Shown here one piece after another: positions 38,512 through 50,211 of a stretch of DNA of 64,000 nt (its first letter is position 1; each line of letters begins with the position of its first letter). The position numbers and the translations under genes are program-made. Origin of the DNA: Azolla caroliniana. Taxonomy: Eukaryota > Plantae > Polypodiophyta. The stretch lies in assembly GCA_043228905.1 (NCBI GenBank), contig JBHGNT010000021.1:6944001-7008000 (forward strand), given 5' to 3'. A model generated the notes under the pieces. The model saw only the letters and a list, made by a program, of their open reading frames with translations, was not told the origin of the DNA and did no database searches.

Positions 38512-41500
38512 CTTTGTACCGTAGTTACAACAAATATGATAATTACTTTAAAGTGATTGCCCTAAGTCATATTTATACATATATGAACTTAGGGCTATTT
38601 ACAAATATAGCCTCAATAGGCTTACTCAAAACATATTTATAGATATGTCTTCTCTTTTGATTCTCACCGGGTCTCCTCCGGTTTCCCGATCTCTTTTGGT
38701 TCTCACCGGGTCCTCTTTATTCATCACCAGATCCCATCCGGAGAGACAAATTTCCCAACAATCTCCCCCTTCACTTCGGCATGGGATTTCTTGTCAGCCC
38801 GATCCGCTTTCGGCACGCGTCCATTTTGTCGGTTGTTAACACCTTGGTCAACATGTCCGACCCGTTCTCCTCCGTGTGGATCTTCATTAGCACGAACTCT
38901 TGATCTTCTACTCTCTCCCGGATCCAGTGGTACCTCCGTTGGATATGTTTTGTCTGGGAATGGTAGGCTACGGGGATGGCACTTTGATTGTCGCAGTAGA
39001 GCCGGTATTCCTCCAGTTCGATCCCTAGCTCTCCGATGAAGTCCTTCACCCAGATTATCTCCTTGCCGACTTCTACAACTGCCATGTACTCCGCCTCCGT
39101 GGTTGACAAAGCAACCGTCTTCTGCAGCCTCGACAACCATGATAGAACTCCCCCCGCATAAGTCATGACATATCTGGATGTAGATTGGCTGGTATCCGCA
39201 TAAGCCGACATATCCGAATATGTGAATCCGTCAAGTTGGGGATTACCAGAGCCGAACCAGAGGCACATACTCGAAGTGCCTTTCAGATATCGGAGTATCC
39301 ACTTGACCACGTTCCAATGCTCTTTGCCGGGATTGCTCATGAACCGGCTCACCACTCCGACTGCATATTCGATATCCGGCCGGGTACATACCATTGCGTA
39401 CATCAAGCTCCCGACGGCAGAGGCATATGGTATCTTCATCATATCCATCTTCTCTGCCTTTGTCCTCGGGCTTTGTTTTCCGGATAGCTTGCAGTTTGCC
39501 GGAAGTGTCGATCCGACGGGTTTCGCCTCCGACATGTTGAACCGTTGAAGCACCTTGGTCACGTACTTCTCCTGTGTCAACCACGACAACTTCTTCAACC
39601 GGTCCCAGATGATGTGCATTCCCAATATCTGTCTTGCCGGCCCCAAGTCTTTCATTGAGAAGGTCCAGTTCAGAGCCTTCTTCAGCATCCGAATCTTGAC
39701 TTGGTCTCGTTCGACGATTAACATATCATCCACATAAAGGAGGAGTATCAGGAAAACTCCTCCGTCAAATTTCTTCACAAACACGCAGTGATTGGCTTGC
39801 GTCTTGTGGTACCCTTGGTCGGTCATGAAGGAGTCGAACTTCTGGTACCATTGCTGGGGGGCTTGCTTCAGTCCGTATAGGCTCTTCTTCAGCCGGCACA
39901 CCAAGTGCTCCTTCCCTTTCCTCTCAAATCCTTCCCGTTGATGCATGTAGATCTCTTCTTCGAGGTTGCCATGTAGGAATGTCGTCTTGACGTCCAGTTG
40001 CTCTACCTCGAGGTCCATGCTTGCCGCTATGCCCAATACTGTCTGGATGGATGCCATCTTTACTACCGGGGCAAAGATCTCATCGAAATCCACTCCTTTC
40101 TTTTGCTGGAAGCCCTTCACCACGATTTGGGCCTTATACCTTGGTGGATTTCCGACATCTCCTGGTTTGAGTTTGTACACCCACTTGTTCCGGAGTGCTC
40201 TCTTCACTTTCGGCAGCTCCGTCAGTTCATATGTGTGGTTCTCATGCAGGGAATCCATCTCATCCTACATGGCACTCAACCACTTGTGACTGTGGGTGTT
40301 TCGCTTTGCTTCTTCGAAGCTTTCCGGCTCCCCCTCATCGGTTAGCAACACATGCTCTGCATTCGGAAATCTCCGGGGGGCTCTTCTCTCTCGGAGAGGA
40401 TATCTCCGTCCCTGGTTTCTGACCACCGATTCCTCTGTTTGTTCCTCATCCTCATCCGATTCGGGATCTTGTCCGGTTCCAGTGTCTTCTTCTTCTTCGG
40501 TCGGTTCGGTTTCTTGTCTGTATCCGGCCGGTTTGTCGAGAACTGGGTAAGTCCTTGTGTCCTCAAGCCGGTTTTCATCGGATGATCCGGAGTTTATCAT
40601 CTTCTTCTCCGACTCCCAGTCAACAATGGTCATGTCTTCCATGACGACTATGTCCCGACTCCGGAACACCTTCTTGTCAACCAGATCCCACACTTGGTAG
40701 CCGAACTCATCATCGCCGTATCCAAGGAATATGCATGGTCGAGACTTCGGATCCAACTTTGCTCTCTTGTCCTTTGCCACATGCACGTAAGCGAGACACC
40801 CGAACTTCTCAAATGCCGGTAAGATACATCTTTACCGGTGCATACTTTCTGAGGTGAGTCTCCTTCCAAGGGTGCTGAGGGTGATATATTTATCACATAG
40901 GTCGCCGTCGTCAGCGCCTCAGCCCAAAACGTCTTGAGTAACTTTGCATGTGCTAACATGCTCCGGACTCTCTCCATTATGGTCTGGCTCATCCTTTCGG
41001 TCAACCCATTTAGTTCCGGCGTCTTCAACACAGTAAACTCGAGCCGGATTCCCTTCAACTGGCAGTACTCCTCGAACTCCCCTAGCTATGCTCCTCTGTT
41101 ATCTGCCTGAACCGCCTTCAGCTTCCGATCGGTTTCTCTTTCCACTCTCACATGGAGCTCCTTAAAGACGGATAACACCTGATCCTTCGTCTTCAATGGT
41201 GAGACCCATAGCTTCTGGCTATGGTCATCTATGAACGTCACGAAGTACTGCGATCCGGCATGTGACTTCGTATCCACTTGACACACACCGGTATGCACCA
41301 GCTCCAGTGGTGCATTCTATCTCATTCAGGTGGTCTTGACCAGAAGGAGGTTCGGTTTTGCTTGCCGGCTAAGGAATCTGTGCACTTCTCAAGTTGCACG
41401 TCCTTCACCGGAATGAGGTTGTCTTCAGCCAGCCTCTTCATCCCCTTCTCACTCATGTGACACAGTCTTTTGTGCCACAACTCACCGGCAGTGTCAGATG

Positions 41501-43351
41501 CTACGTTCACTTCTTCTCGGCATATCCGGGCATGCATAAGATAAAACGTGTTGACCTTCCGGGCTCGAGCCACTATCAAGTTTCCCTTGCTAAACTTCAT
41601 AACTTCATTTCGGATGCTACCCGTGTAGCCTTCATCATCTAGCCGATCGGCTGATATCAAGTTCAGTCGAACCTCCGGAATGTGTCAGACATCCTTCAGC
41701 AGCAATTTGCATCCGGTTGATGTCGTCAACAACACATCTCCTATGCCGATAATTCGGCATGTACCTTCATTCCCTATACGGACACAACCATGATCACCAG
41801 CTGAGTCGGATGAGAAGCATTTCCGATCCGGTGTCAGGTGGAACGACGCTCTGGAATTAACGACCCACGTTGTCGCATTGCCGACAAGGTTTAACTCATT
41901 CTCTTCAGTAATGAGCATTAGTTCTTCTTCACTCTTCACGATTGCTGACGTTCCCTTCCGATTCGGGCCTCTCCGGTCCGAACCGTTTCGGTCCGAACTC
42001 TTCTTCGAATCGGTGTTGCCGGTTTCTTTCTCTTTCCGGAAATGCCGACAATTCTTCTGGAAGTGCCCCGACTTCCCACAGTTGAAGCAAGTGGGCCTCC
42101 CCCTTGACTTCGACCTCACCCCGACTTGTCCCGGTTTTGGTAACTCTGATACCGGCCTCTTCTTCGGTTGTGGTCATCTTCCGTGACCAAGGCCTTCAGA
42201 TCAGTTCCAGACTCCCGGTCCTTCCACCAAGCTTGATTTTACCCTTGCTAGGGACAATTGTTTTCCTTCCGGCCTGGCGTTGCCTAACGTGACAACTAAC
42301 GTCTCCCAACTATCCAGGAGGGAACTGAGCAGGAGCAATGCGAGTACCTCATCGGCAAGAGGTACTTCCAATGATGTTGCCTGGTGGATCAGTCCCTGGA
42401 AGGCATTCATGTGGTCCGCCATACTAGAGTCGTCCTAGTACCGGAGCCTCACTAGCTTCCGGAATACCGAAACCCGATTGACAACATTCTTGTTCTGCAA
42501 CATGCTGTCGATCTTCTCCTAGAGTTCATGAGCCTCGCTCTCTTCATTGAAGTTGTTGTACAAGCTCATGTTGATGAAGCACTGGATGTATGCCGTCGTC
42601 TTCATGTGCATCACCTCCCACAATGTGGCGTCGATCTTATCCGATCTCTGAACCGGAAATCAAAGATCTTTAACCACCAGCATATCCCTCATCTTCGACT
42701 TCCACACTGAGTAGTTGGAGCTGGTGAGCTTGAACATGCCGCCAAACGATTCTTCCATTTCCTATGTTGTTTGCTCTGATGCCAATTTGTGAAGAATATA
42801 GCGGAATATCGCTCGGCCACAACCGAGTCTTGAATCACTTCAATGGGAGTGGAACACAGAAATGGGAAGTAGAGAGTACACAAAGGAAATACTCCAGATG
42901 TTTACGTGGAAAACCCTAATAGGAAAAAACCACGGGAGCCCACAGACTCCAACTATCACTATATGAGAGGAGATACAAAGAGGAGGCACAAAGGCAATGA
43001 CCTCGTGCTCGTGATCTTTGCTAGACGACGGTTACAACAGAGAGTGCTCGTAGCTACTCTCCTCTCTCTCTCTCTCTCTCTCTATGTTGCTCTTTGTACA
43101 ATAGTTACAACAAATATGATAATTACTTTAAAGTGATTGCCCTAAGTCATATTTATACATATATGAACTTAGGGCTATTTACAAATATAGCCTCAATAGG
43201 CTTACTCAAAACATATTTACAGATATGTCTTCTCTTCCAGTTCTCACTGGCTCTCTTCCGGTTCTCCTCCGGTTTCCAGATCTCTTCTGGTTCTCACCGG
43301 GTCCTCTTTATTCATCACCGGATGCCATCTAGAGAGATCGATTTCCCAACA
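38409..43351 (-). mobile_element. Copia element A (Tnt1/Tork-like), degenerate gag-pol 42758->38771
   Basis: 5' LTR 42788-43351; PBS TGGCATCAGAGC (tRNA-iMet, 1 mismatch) at 42773-42784; PPT AGGGGGAGAT at 38761-38770; truncated 3' LTR ~38409-38760. Domain order Gag-PR-IN-RT(YVDD)-RH, with stops and frameshifts. Confidence 0.93.
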
Positions 43352-43880
43352 AATCGGGGATCCAAGCGCGTGAACCGGTGTTACGCGGATCACATTTAAT
43401 TTGATTGTCTTTGTACATAGTTAGGGATAGGTCAGCATGATGTAGGCGAATTAAATTGAATAGGTTAACAAATCGATGTGTATCTCTATCTGAAGGGATG
43501 GAAAATAAAGATGATGTAACTGGAAGTGACAACTCTCCCTCGCCTGCCTATAAAAGGCGTGAGAGAAAGACAAAAAGGAGAGGCGTTTTGGGAGAGGAGG
43601 AGCTGATGTCGGACTGGGAACCGAGCACTGATCTCTATTTTGTATCAATCCTTGTTGTAGTCTCTGTTTGGTTGTAATCGATTCTTCCTAAGTGCAATCT
43701 CTGTCTATCTTTGGCGTGTTGCTAAGTCCATGGCTGAACCGGCAAGTGTTGTGCTTGCCGGAACCCGACGTCCGTCGTTCTTATCTCTTTCCTTTTCTCT
43801 TTTTCTTCTATCTTTGCACATTCCTCGGTCCAGGGCCCCCGTAGTCCTGTCTTAGTTTCCTACTCGCACATGCGACTACA
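43352..43880 (+). mobile_element. Partial LTR of an unrelated element (D) inserted in gag of element X
   Basis: TATA-like CCTATAAAAGG near 43547, U5-like T-rich region, ends ...GCGACTACA; gag X sequence resumes at 43881. Confidence 0.55.
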
Positions 43881-44784
43881 CGAGAACGTTCCTCGAGAAT
43901 CTTCTTCAAATCTGTCGTTTGCTCTACGTTCGACCTTAGCTTATAGGTAGGCATAATTCTTGTCTTCTGAGTGGGGTCTTCGACACCAACCTTCACAGGC
44001 CGAACCGTTTCTTCAACTCGTTTGCTTGACTCCCCTTTCCAGGTTGAGTCTCCTTCCATTTGTTAAGCTCGACTCGTTTCTGTATCTTCTTTCTTTTTCG
44101 CGCTCCCCATTTCATGTCTTTTTGATGGGTTGTTTTGTCCTTCCATTCTTTTGCTCTTTTCATCCACGAACACCTCGTGGTTGTCACACATCACGTCCGC
44201 GAGTATGGTGTTGTCATCCACAGGATTTGACCATCCGGTTATGCTTTGCACACTTTGGTCCGCAAGCTCGACCTCGTTCGAAGTGACCTTTCCCTTGTTC
44301 TCATACTTGAGAACGGTAGAACAAAACTTTGCTCCCGCTCTAGCAACTTTAGTTTTGTCTTTCCCGACTCTTATTTCTGTTGGGATTTCGGTCCCTCCGG
44401 ATGGGATGTCCGGAGATGAATGACGGCAAGCCCGGTTGCGGTTACGGAACCGGAGGATGAAGAGTACCCGGCATGAAGCCGGATGAAGAGTACCCGGTTA
44501 CGGATCCGGAGGATGAAGAGTACCCGGCTACGGAGCCGGATGATGAAGACCCTGGCTACGGAGCCGGATGATGAAGACCCCGACTACGGAGCCGGATGAC
44601 GAATGTACCCGGAGAGAGATCCGGATGTGGGGACATATTTGTGAATATGTTTGCCAAGGGCCCTTGAGGCTATATTTGTAAATAGCCCGAAAGTCATATG
44701 TGTATAAATATGACTTAGGGCAAACAGTTTTGTAGTTGTTACTCATTTTTCTGGTTTTCCACTTAGTGGGAGCTAAGTGAGCAG

Positions 44785-44827
<43 letters not shown>

Positions 44828-47146
44828 GAAGAGGTCGTTGCCTCTGTGTATTACCGCCGCCTGTGGCGAAGACAGTGAGCTCAAGGTTGTTGCCTTGTAG
44901 CTTCACCATTGTACATCTCTGTGTATAGTGATAGTTGGAGTTTGAGGACTCCCATGGTTTTTCCCACTTAGGGTTTTCCACGTAAAATATCCTGTGTACT
45001 CTTCTCTCTATTGTCTTCGTGCATTTTTGTATTTCCTGTTTTCTGTGAGTTGATCCTATTCCTCGGTTGTGGCCGAGCACTGTGTTTAACAAAGTGGTAT
45101 CAGAGCGACAGTAACACAGAAAATGGAAGGCGGCGGTAGTGGGCCCCCGAGCATGATGGTGTTGAACTCACAGAACTACGCCGACTGGAAGATAAAGATG
45201 GAAGACCTTCTCATCGTCCAAGACCTGTACGAACCGATCGACAATGCCGAGATACCCAAGGGAGTAATAGAGTCGGAGTGGAAGCTCCTGAACCGGAAAG
45301 CCGTAGCGACGATCCGGCAATATGTCGATGTAAGTGTTCTGCAACATGTGGCGAACGATACGAACGCCTATGAGATGTGGCAGAAGCTGTCCGGACTGTA
45401 TGAGAGGAAGAATGCTCTGACCCGGACCTCCCTGATGAGGAAGATAGTGAATCTTAAGTACCGGGACGGCGAGAGCATGGTCGAACACGTCAGCACGTTC
45501 ATGGGATTCGTGAACCAGCTTGCGGCGATCAAGTTCTCGTTGGATGACGCAATGCAAGCCATCATGCTGATGTGTACCCTTCCGGAGAGCTGGGAGAATT
45601 TGGTAGTTACTCTCAGCACCTCCTGTAAGGAAGAGAACTTGTCTTTACTAACGGTAAAGACAAGTATTCTAAATGAAGAAGCGCGTCGGAGAGATAAAGA
45701 ACCGGCCTCCGACTCGAAGGCGCTGCTTACCGAATCGGAACGGGGAAGACAACGGAACCGGAGTCCGCAAAGACGGGAGAAGTCGGGGACACGGTCGCAG
45801 TCGAGGGGAAGATCTACATGCTTCTACTGTGGGAAGCCGGGGCACTTCCAGAAGAACTGTCGGCATTTCCGGAAAGACAACGGAACCGACGGTACCGATT
45901 CGAAGAAGTCACCGGAGCGAAACGGTGCATACCGGGGAGCCACGGATCGGAGAGGTCCGGATCGGCGAGGGCAGGACCGGAAAGGAACGACGGCACTCGC
46001 GGCAAGTGAAGAAGAGATAATGCTCATTACCGAAGAGAGGGAGCTGAACCTTGCCGGTGAAGAGATGACCTGGGTGGTCGATTCCGGAGCGTCGTTCCAC
46101 CTGACCCCGGAGAAGAAATACTTCTCATCCTACACAGCCGGTGAGCACGGCTGTGTCCGGATGGGAAATGAAGGTACATGCCGGATTGCCGACATAGGAG
46201 ACGTGTGGCTGATGACATCAACCGGATGCAAGATGCTGCTGAAGGATGTCCGACACGTTCCGGAGGTTCGATTGAACCTGATTTCGGCCGGGAGGCTAGA
46301 CAATGAAGGCTACACGGGTAGCATCCGGAACGGTGTCATGAAGTTCAGCAAAGGGAGCCTGATAGTGGCTCGGGCCCGGAAGGTCAACACCCTGTACCTG
46401 ATGAATTCCCGGCTATGTCCGGAGGAGCTGAACGTGGCAGCTGACACTGCCGGTGAGCTGTGGCACAAGAGACTGTGCCACATGAGCGAGAAGGGGATGA
46501 AGAGGCTTGCCGAAGACAACCTGATACCGGTAAAGCATGTACACTTGGGGAAGTGTACCGACTGTCTGGCCGATAAGCAAAACCGGACCTCCTTCCGCTC
46601 AAGACCACCGATGAGACGTAGTGTACCATTGGAGTTGGTACACACTGATGTGTGTCAGGTAGAAACGAAGTCACATGTTATTCTCTAGCCGGACAAGGCC
46701 TAACACAAGGTGTCACGGAGACACTTCACCAAAGGGTGATTACGGCATAGGATTAAGATTCAACGATTACACCGACTTACATAGGTTACACGATTAGAAT
46801 GCTTCGGTTAATTACACGCGTAAGATATCACAGTAATTACAGAACGGAAATCAAGACAGAAGTATAAACAACATAAGCTCTATTAATTATCCGCTGTCAT
46901 TACAATGGGGTCCGGGCCTTTAAATAGGTTTCCGGCCCGTAGTACAAAACGGTGCCTCTCGCACCTATTCGGGATCCGTCCGGATCTGGAACGGCATACC
47001 GTTTCCAGTCCGTCCGTCCACACTATGCTCATTTACAACCATATCTAATTAATTCCTTCACTCCGTATTTTGGACTCCTTGCCGGCCGATAACACATGGC
47101 ACGCCCGTGGGACAGTACCTTGTACGTCGAACCTTTCTCGGCCCCT

Positions 47147-50062
47147 TCATTGTTCACCCAAATTGTCCAAAATACTTTGTTCAAGAATTTCCACTTGTTC
47201 TTCCGGTTGTGGTTGTTGCGGCTGTGCTTGCTGTTGCTGCTGTGGTTGCGGTTGGGACTGAGGTTGCTCCGACTGCTCTGCTTGCTGCTGCTGCTCCGTT
47301 TGTTTCGCTGACTCCGGCTGCTCCGTTTGTCTCTCTGGCTCCGGCATCTCCGTTTGACTGCTTCCGGTCCGGTCTCCTTCCAGTAAGGGTTCCTCATCAC
47401 TGAGGTTGACCGTAACTGGTTCTCGTTCTTTCTCTCCCCGGATCCGGGACCTCTCGTAGCTTTCAAACTGGATCTGCGCCTCCAGCCTGTCGTCGTCCAG
47501 TTGAGCTACAAGTTGCCGGACTTGCTCTAGTTGGTCCTCTGCCAAGGCTTGAAAGTCTTCGGCTAGCTCATCTCTTATACCGGTGAAGTCTTCGGAATTC
47601 AGCATATAGCAATCATCTCCCTCCTTCCGCCGGTTCTCTACGTCGGCCCGGAGCAATTGGAGTTCCGCCGCGTTCGTGGCCCACTTGGTCCACCATTTGA
47701 CGGAACCGTTGTCAATCAAGCTCTTCGTTTGGTTCAACCAAGCCCGCATGATATCCTGGATGCGACTTGCTCCCATTTGTGCTCTGCTTTCCACCACTTG
47801 TCGCTCCTCCTTCAACTGCTTGATGAGATTTGCCGTATCCTCCGCCTGCTCTCTGTAGCGCGTTAGCTGCCCTTGATATGTCGTTTGCAGCCTCTGTAGT
47901 ACCTCCGCCGTTCTTTCTTTTTCTGCCTGCTGTTGCCTGAGGAGCTCTGTCCGAACCTTCTCCGCCTCTTCCAACCGTCTTCTGTTTTCCGCTTGTTCCT
48001 TGGCGAATGCGGTTGCGGTCCGATCAACTGCTTGCCGGAGCTCATCCGTCCGTTCCTTGTGCTCCGTTTGCAACCGTTTATACTCCCGGTGCAATTGCTC
48101 AAATTCCTCCGTTTTTTGTTTGAGCTTGCCGTTGATCTGGCGATGGTTCCGGTCCTCTCGGTCCTTTACCTGCCGGAGTTCCTCTTTCAGGCGCTCTACT
48201 TCTGTTTCGGCGTTCCTCCGGAGCCTCTCCTTCTCTTGCAGCATTTTCTCCTTCTCCTCCTTGAGCCGGTCGTACGCTTGGTGGCCTTTCCGTAAGCTCT
48301 CCTCGGCCCGGCGTAGATTCTCAGCAGTCTTTTTGAGTTCTGCCTCCGCTGCCGTCTTCAATTCTCTTTCGCGGCTCCTCAGCGCTTCTTGGGCAGCTAG
48401 CTCATCCTTTAAATCCGCAAGCTCTTGGGCTTGTGCCGCATTTCTCTCCGGAACGGTTTCCGTTGCCGGGGTCTGATTGCTATGTACAGGTTGATCTGCC
48501 GCTTTATTCTGTACATTGCCCGGAGTCACCGGTGCTTGGACTTGTGTTGTCAAAGCGATTTGAGCCATTTCCCTTGTGACCCTGTCCAAGTCTTGTTCAA
48601 GGCTTCGGATTCTGGACCGGGCCGTCTCTAGATCTACGGTTGTGACGAGCAACCGTTCCTGGTGCGCTCTCTCTTCCGCCTCTATATACTCGACCGCTCC
48701 GGCGATTTGCTCGCCTACCCACCGTAGCCACATGCTACTGGTGCCTTGTTGCTGTACTGGTCGGGTCGGCTCATTCCCTGTGGAATTGTCTGGCCTGAGT
48801 GCCTGCATATGCCGTTCTGGTTCTACTCCTTGGCCGCCGTGTGCTCTGGCTGGGCTCGCCGGCTGTTGAGTTCCGGTTCTCGCCGTCTCCGGAGCCGTTG
48901 GACTGACTTCTTCTATAGAAGTCGACAAGACCGGTTCCCTACGCACCGGTTCCGGTTCTTCCCTTGTGGTTTGCTCAGGTTGAGTTGGGGGCGTTTCTGC
49001 CTCTCGCGGGTACGACCGCTCCCCTCCTGTCTCGGCGGTCCTACTTCTTGACCGTCGTTGGAGGTGCTCTTCTGGCTCCTCCGTTTCCTCTTCCTGTGTC
49101 ACGGCATGTTTCTGTGCCGTCAAGGGTTCCGGTTCCTTCTGTCCCGGTCTCCGTAAGGTTATCTTGACGGGTCGGACCGGTGACACCTCCTCCGGTTCTG
49201 GGACCCGTTTCTTCCCTTTCGTCGCCTTCGACGCCAGCAGCTGCTGTCGTTTGGACGCCGGCTTCGAGGTGCTTCCATCCGATACTCTTGGCCGCTTCTT
49301 TGGCTGGACGGTCTCGACCGGCGGCACGAGCAATGTTATCCATTGAGCTACGGCGTGCCACAGCTTCCGGCCCTCCTTGCCGTCCTTCCCTCGTATCATG
49401 TCGATTGCCATGCACAACCCGTCTGCAATCAACACCGGCCAGTCCACCTTGATCCCTTCATAGGTGGCTATGATCATCCCTGCTCGATTTTTTGGCATGA
49501 CAGGGGGTCGGGGGTACACGTGACCGTACTCATGGAGCACTCGAGCTATCTCCCTGAATAGCGGATCTTCGCCGCCCTGCGTCCGATAGCCTTTGCCGGC
49601 AACAGAGTACTCACCGAAATATCGGATGAGTTGCTCCGAGGTTGGGTTATCGATTTGAAAGATTCCTCCCTCCGGAAGGCCTGTTAGCGCGCGGATCGCT
49701 TCCTCGGTGATGACCTCTGTGGCGAGCTCCTTGATGACCCGGTCGGCTTCTCTGTGCGGCGGTGCCTCCATGATGGCCAAGAACCCCTCCAGTCCGTTTT
49801 GCCTGAACCATTTCCTGGCCGCTTCCGACAGCGTTTGTGGTTCCATGTCTGCTTCAAGGTCGAGGGAAGATGGCGAGGTAGAGTGGTGATGAGAGTGAGA
49901 GCGAGAGAGAGAGCGTTCTGAGCGCGGGGGTTCTCTGCGTGCAGGTTCGCGTTTGCTCAGCTTCCACTGTCTTGGTGCTTCTGTGCTTCTTGGCTCGCGA
50001 AATGAAAAGGTCTCCATGCGTTCTGCTTCTTCTTTGTGCGTTTTGGCGCCTTTTTCGAGCAT
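47147..50062 (-). CDS. Extra 3' ORF of gypsy C: ~971-aa protein (999 codons open) with long coiled coil, function unknown
   Basis: Intact ORF between the integrase stop and the 3' LTR, same sense as gag-pol; first ATG at 50062. Confidence 0.85.
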   Translation of the reverse strand: MLEKGAKTHKEEAERMETFSFREPRSTEAPRQWKLSKREPARREPPRSERSLSRSHSHHHSTSPSSLDLEADMEPQTLSEAARKWFRQNGLEGFLAIMEAPPHREADRVIKELATEVITEEAIRALTGLPEGGIFQIDNPTSEQLIRYFGEYSVAGKGYRTQGGEDPLFREIARVLHEYGHVYPRPPVMPKNRAGMIIATYEGIKVDWPVLIADGLCMAIDMIRGKDGKEGRKLWHAVAQWITLLVPPVETVQPKKRPRVSDGSTSKPASKRQQLLASKATKGKKRVPEPEEVSPVRPVKITLRRPGQKEPEPLTAQKHAVTQEEETEEPEEHLQRRSRSRTAETGGERSYPREAETPPTQPEQTTREEPEPVRREPVLSTSIEEVSPTAPETARTGTQQPASPARAHGGQGVEPERHMQALRPDNSTGNEPTRPVQQQGTSSMWLRWVGEQIAGAVEYIEAEERAHQERLLVTTVDLETARSRIRSLEQDLDRVTREMAQIALTTQVQAPVTPGNVQNKAADQPVHSNQTPATETVPERNAAQAQELADLKDELAAQEALRSRERELKTAAEAELKKTAENLRRAEESLRKGHQAYDRLKEEKEKMLQEKERLRRNAETEVERLKEELRQVKDREDRNHRQINGKLKQKTEEFEQLHREYKRLQTEHKERTDELRQAVDRTATAFAKEQAENRRRLEEAEKVRTELLRQQQAEKERTAEVLQRLQTTYQGQLTRYREQAEDTANLIKQLKEERQVVESRAQMGASRIQDIMRAWLNQTKSLIDNGSVKWWTKWATNAAELQLLRADVENRRKEGDDCYMLNSEDFTGIRDELAEDFQALAEDQLEQVRQLVAQLDDDRLEAQIQFESYERSRIRGEKEREPVTVNLSDEEPLLEGDRTGSSQTEMPEPERQTEQPESAKQTEQQQQAEQSEQPQSQPQPQQQQQAQPQQPQPEEQVEILEQSILDNLGEQ

Positions 50063-50211
50063 GCACACGTCGTGTACCAATTTAGTATTAAGTAGCGTGG
50101 CGTCTCTTAAATGCCCACTACGTACCTTTTCGCTCCTTGCTTTCACACCCGTTCATACCTCGATTTTTAATGATTTTTTTTTTTTTTTTTTTTTTGTGAC
50201 GGTGTGTGACC

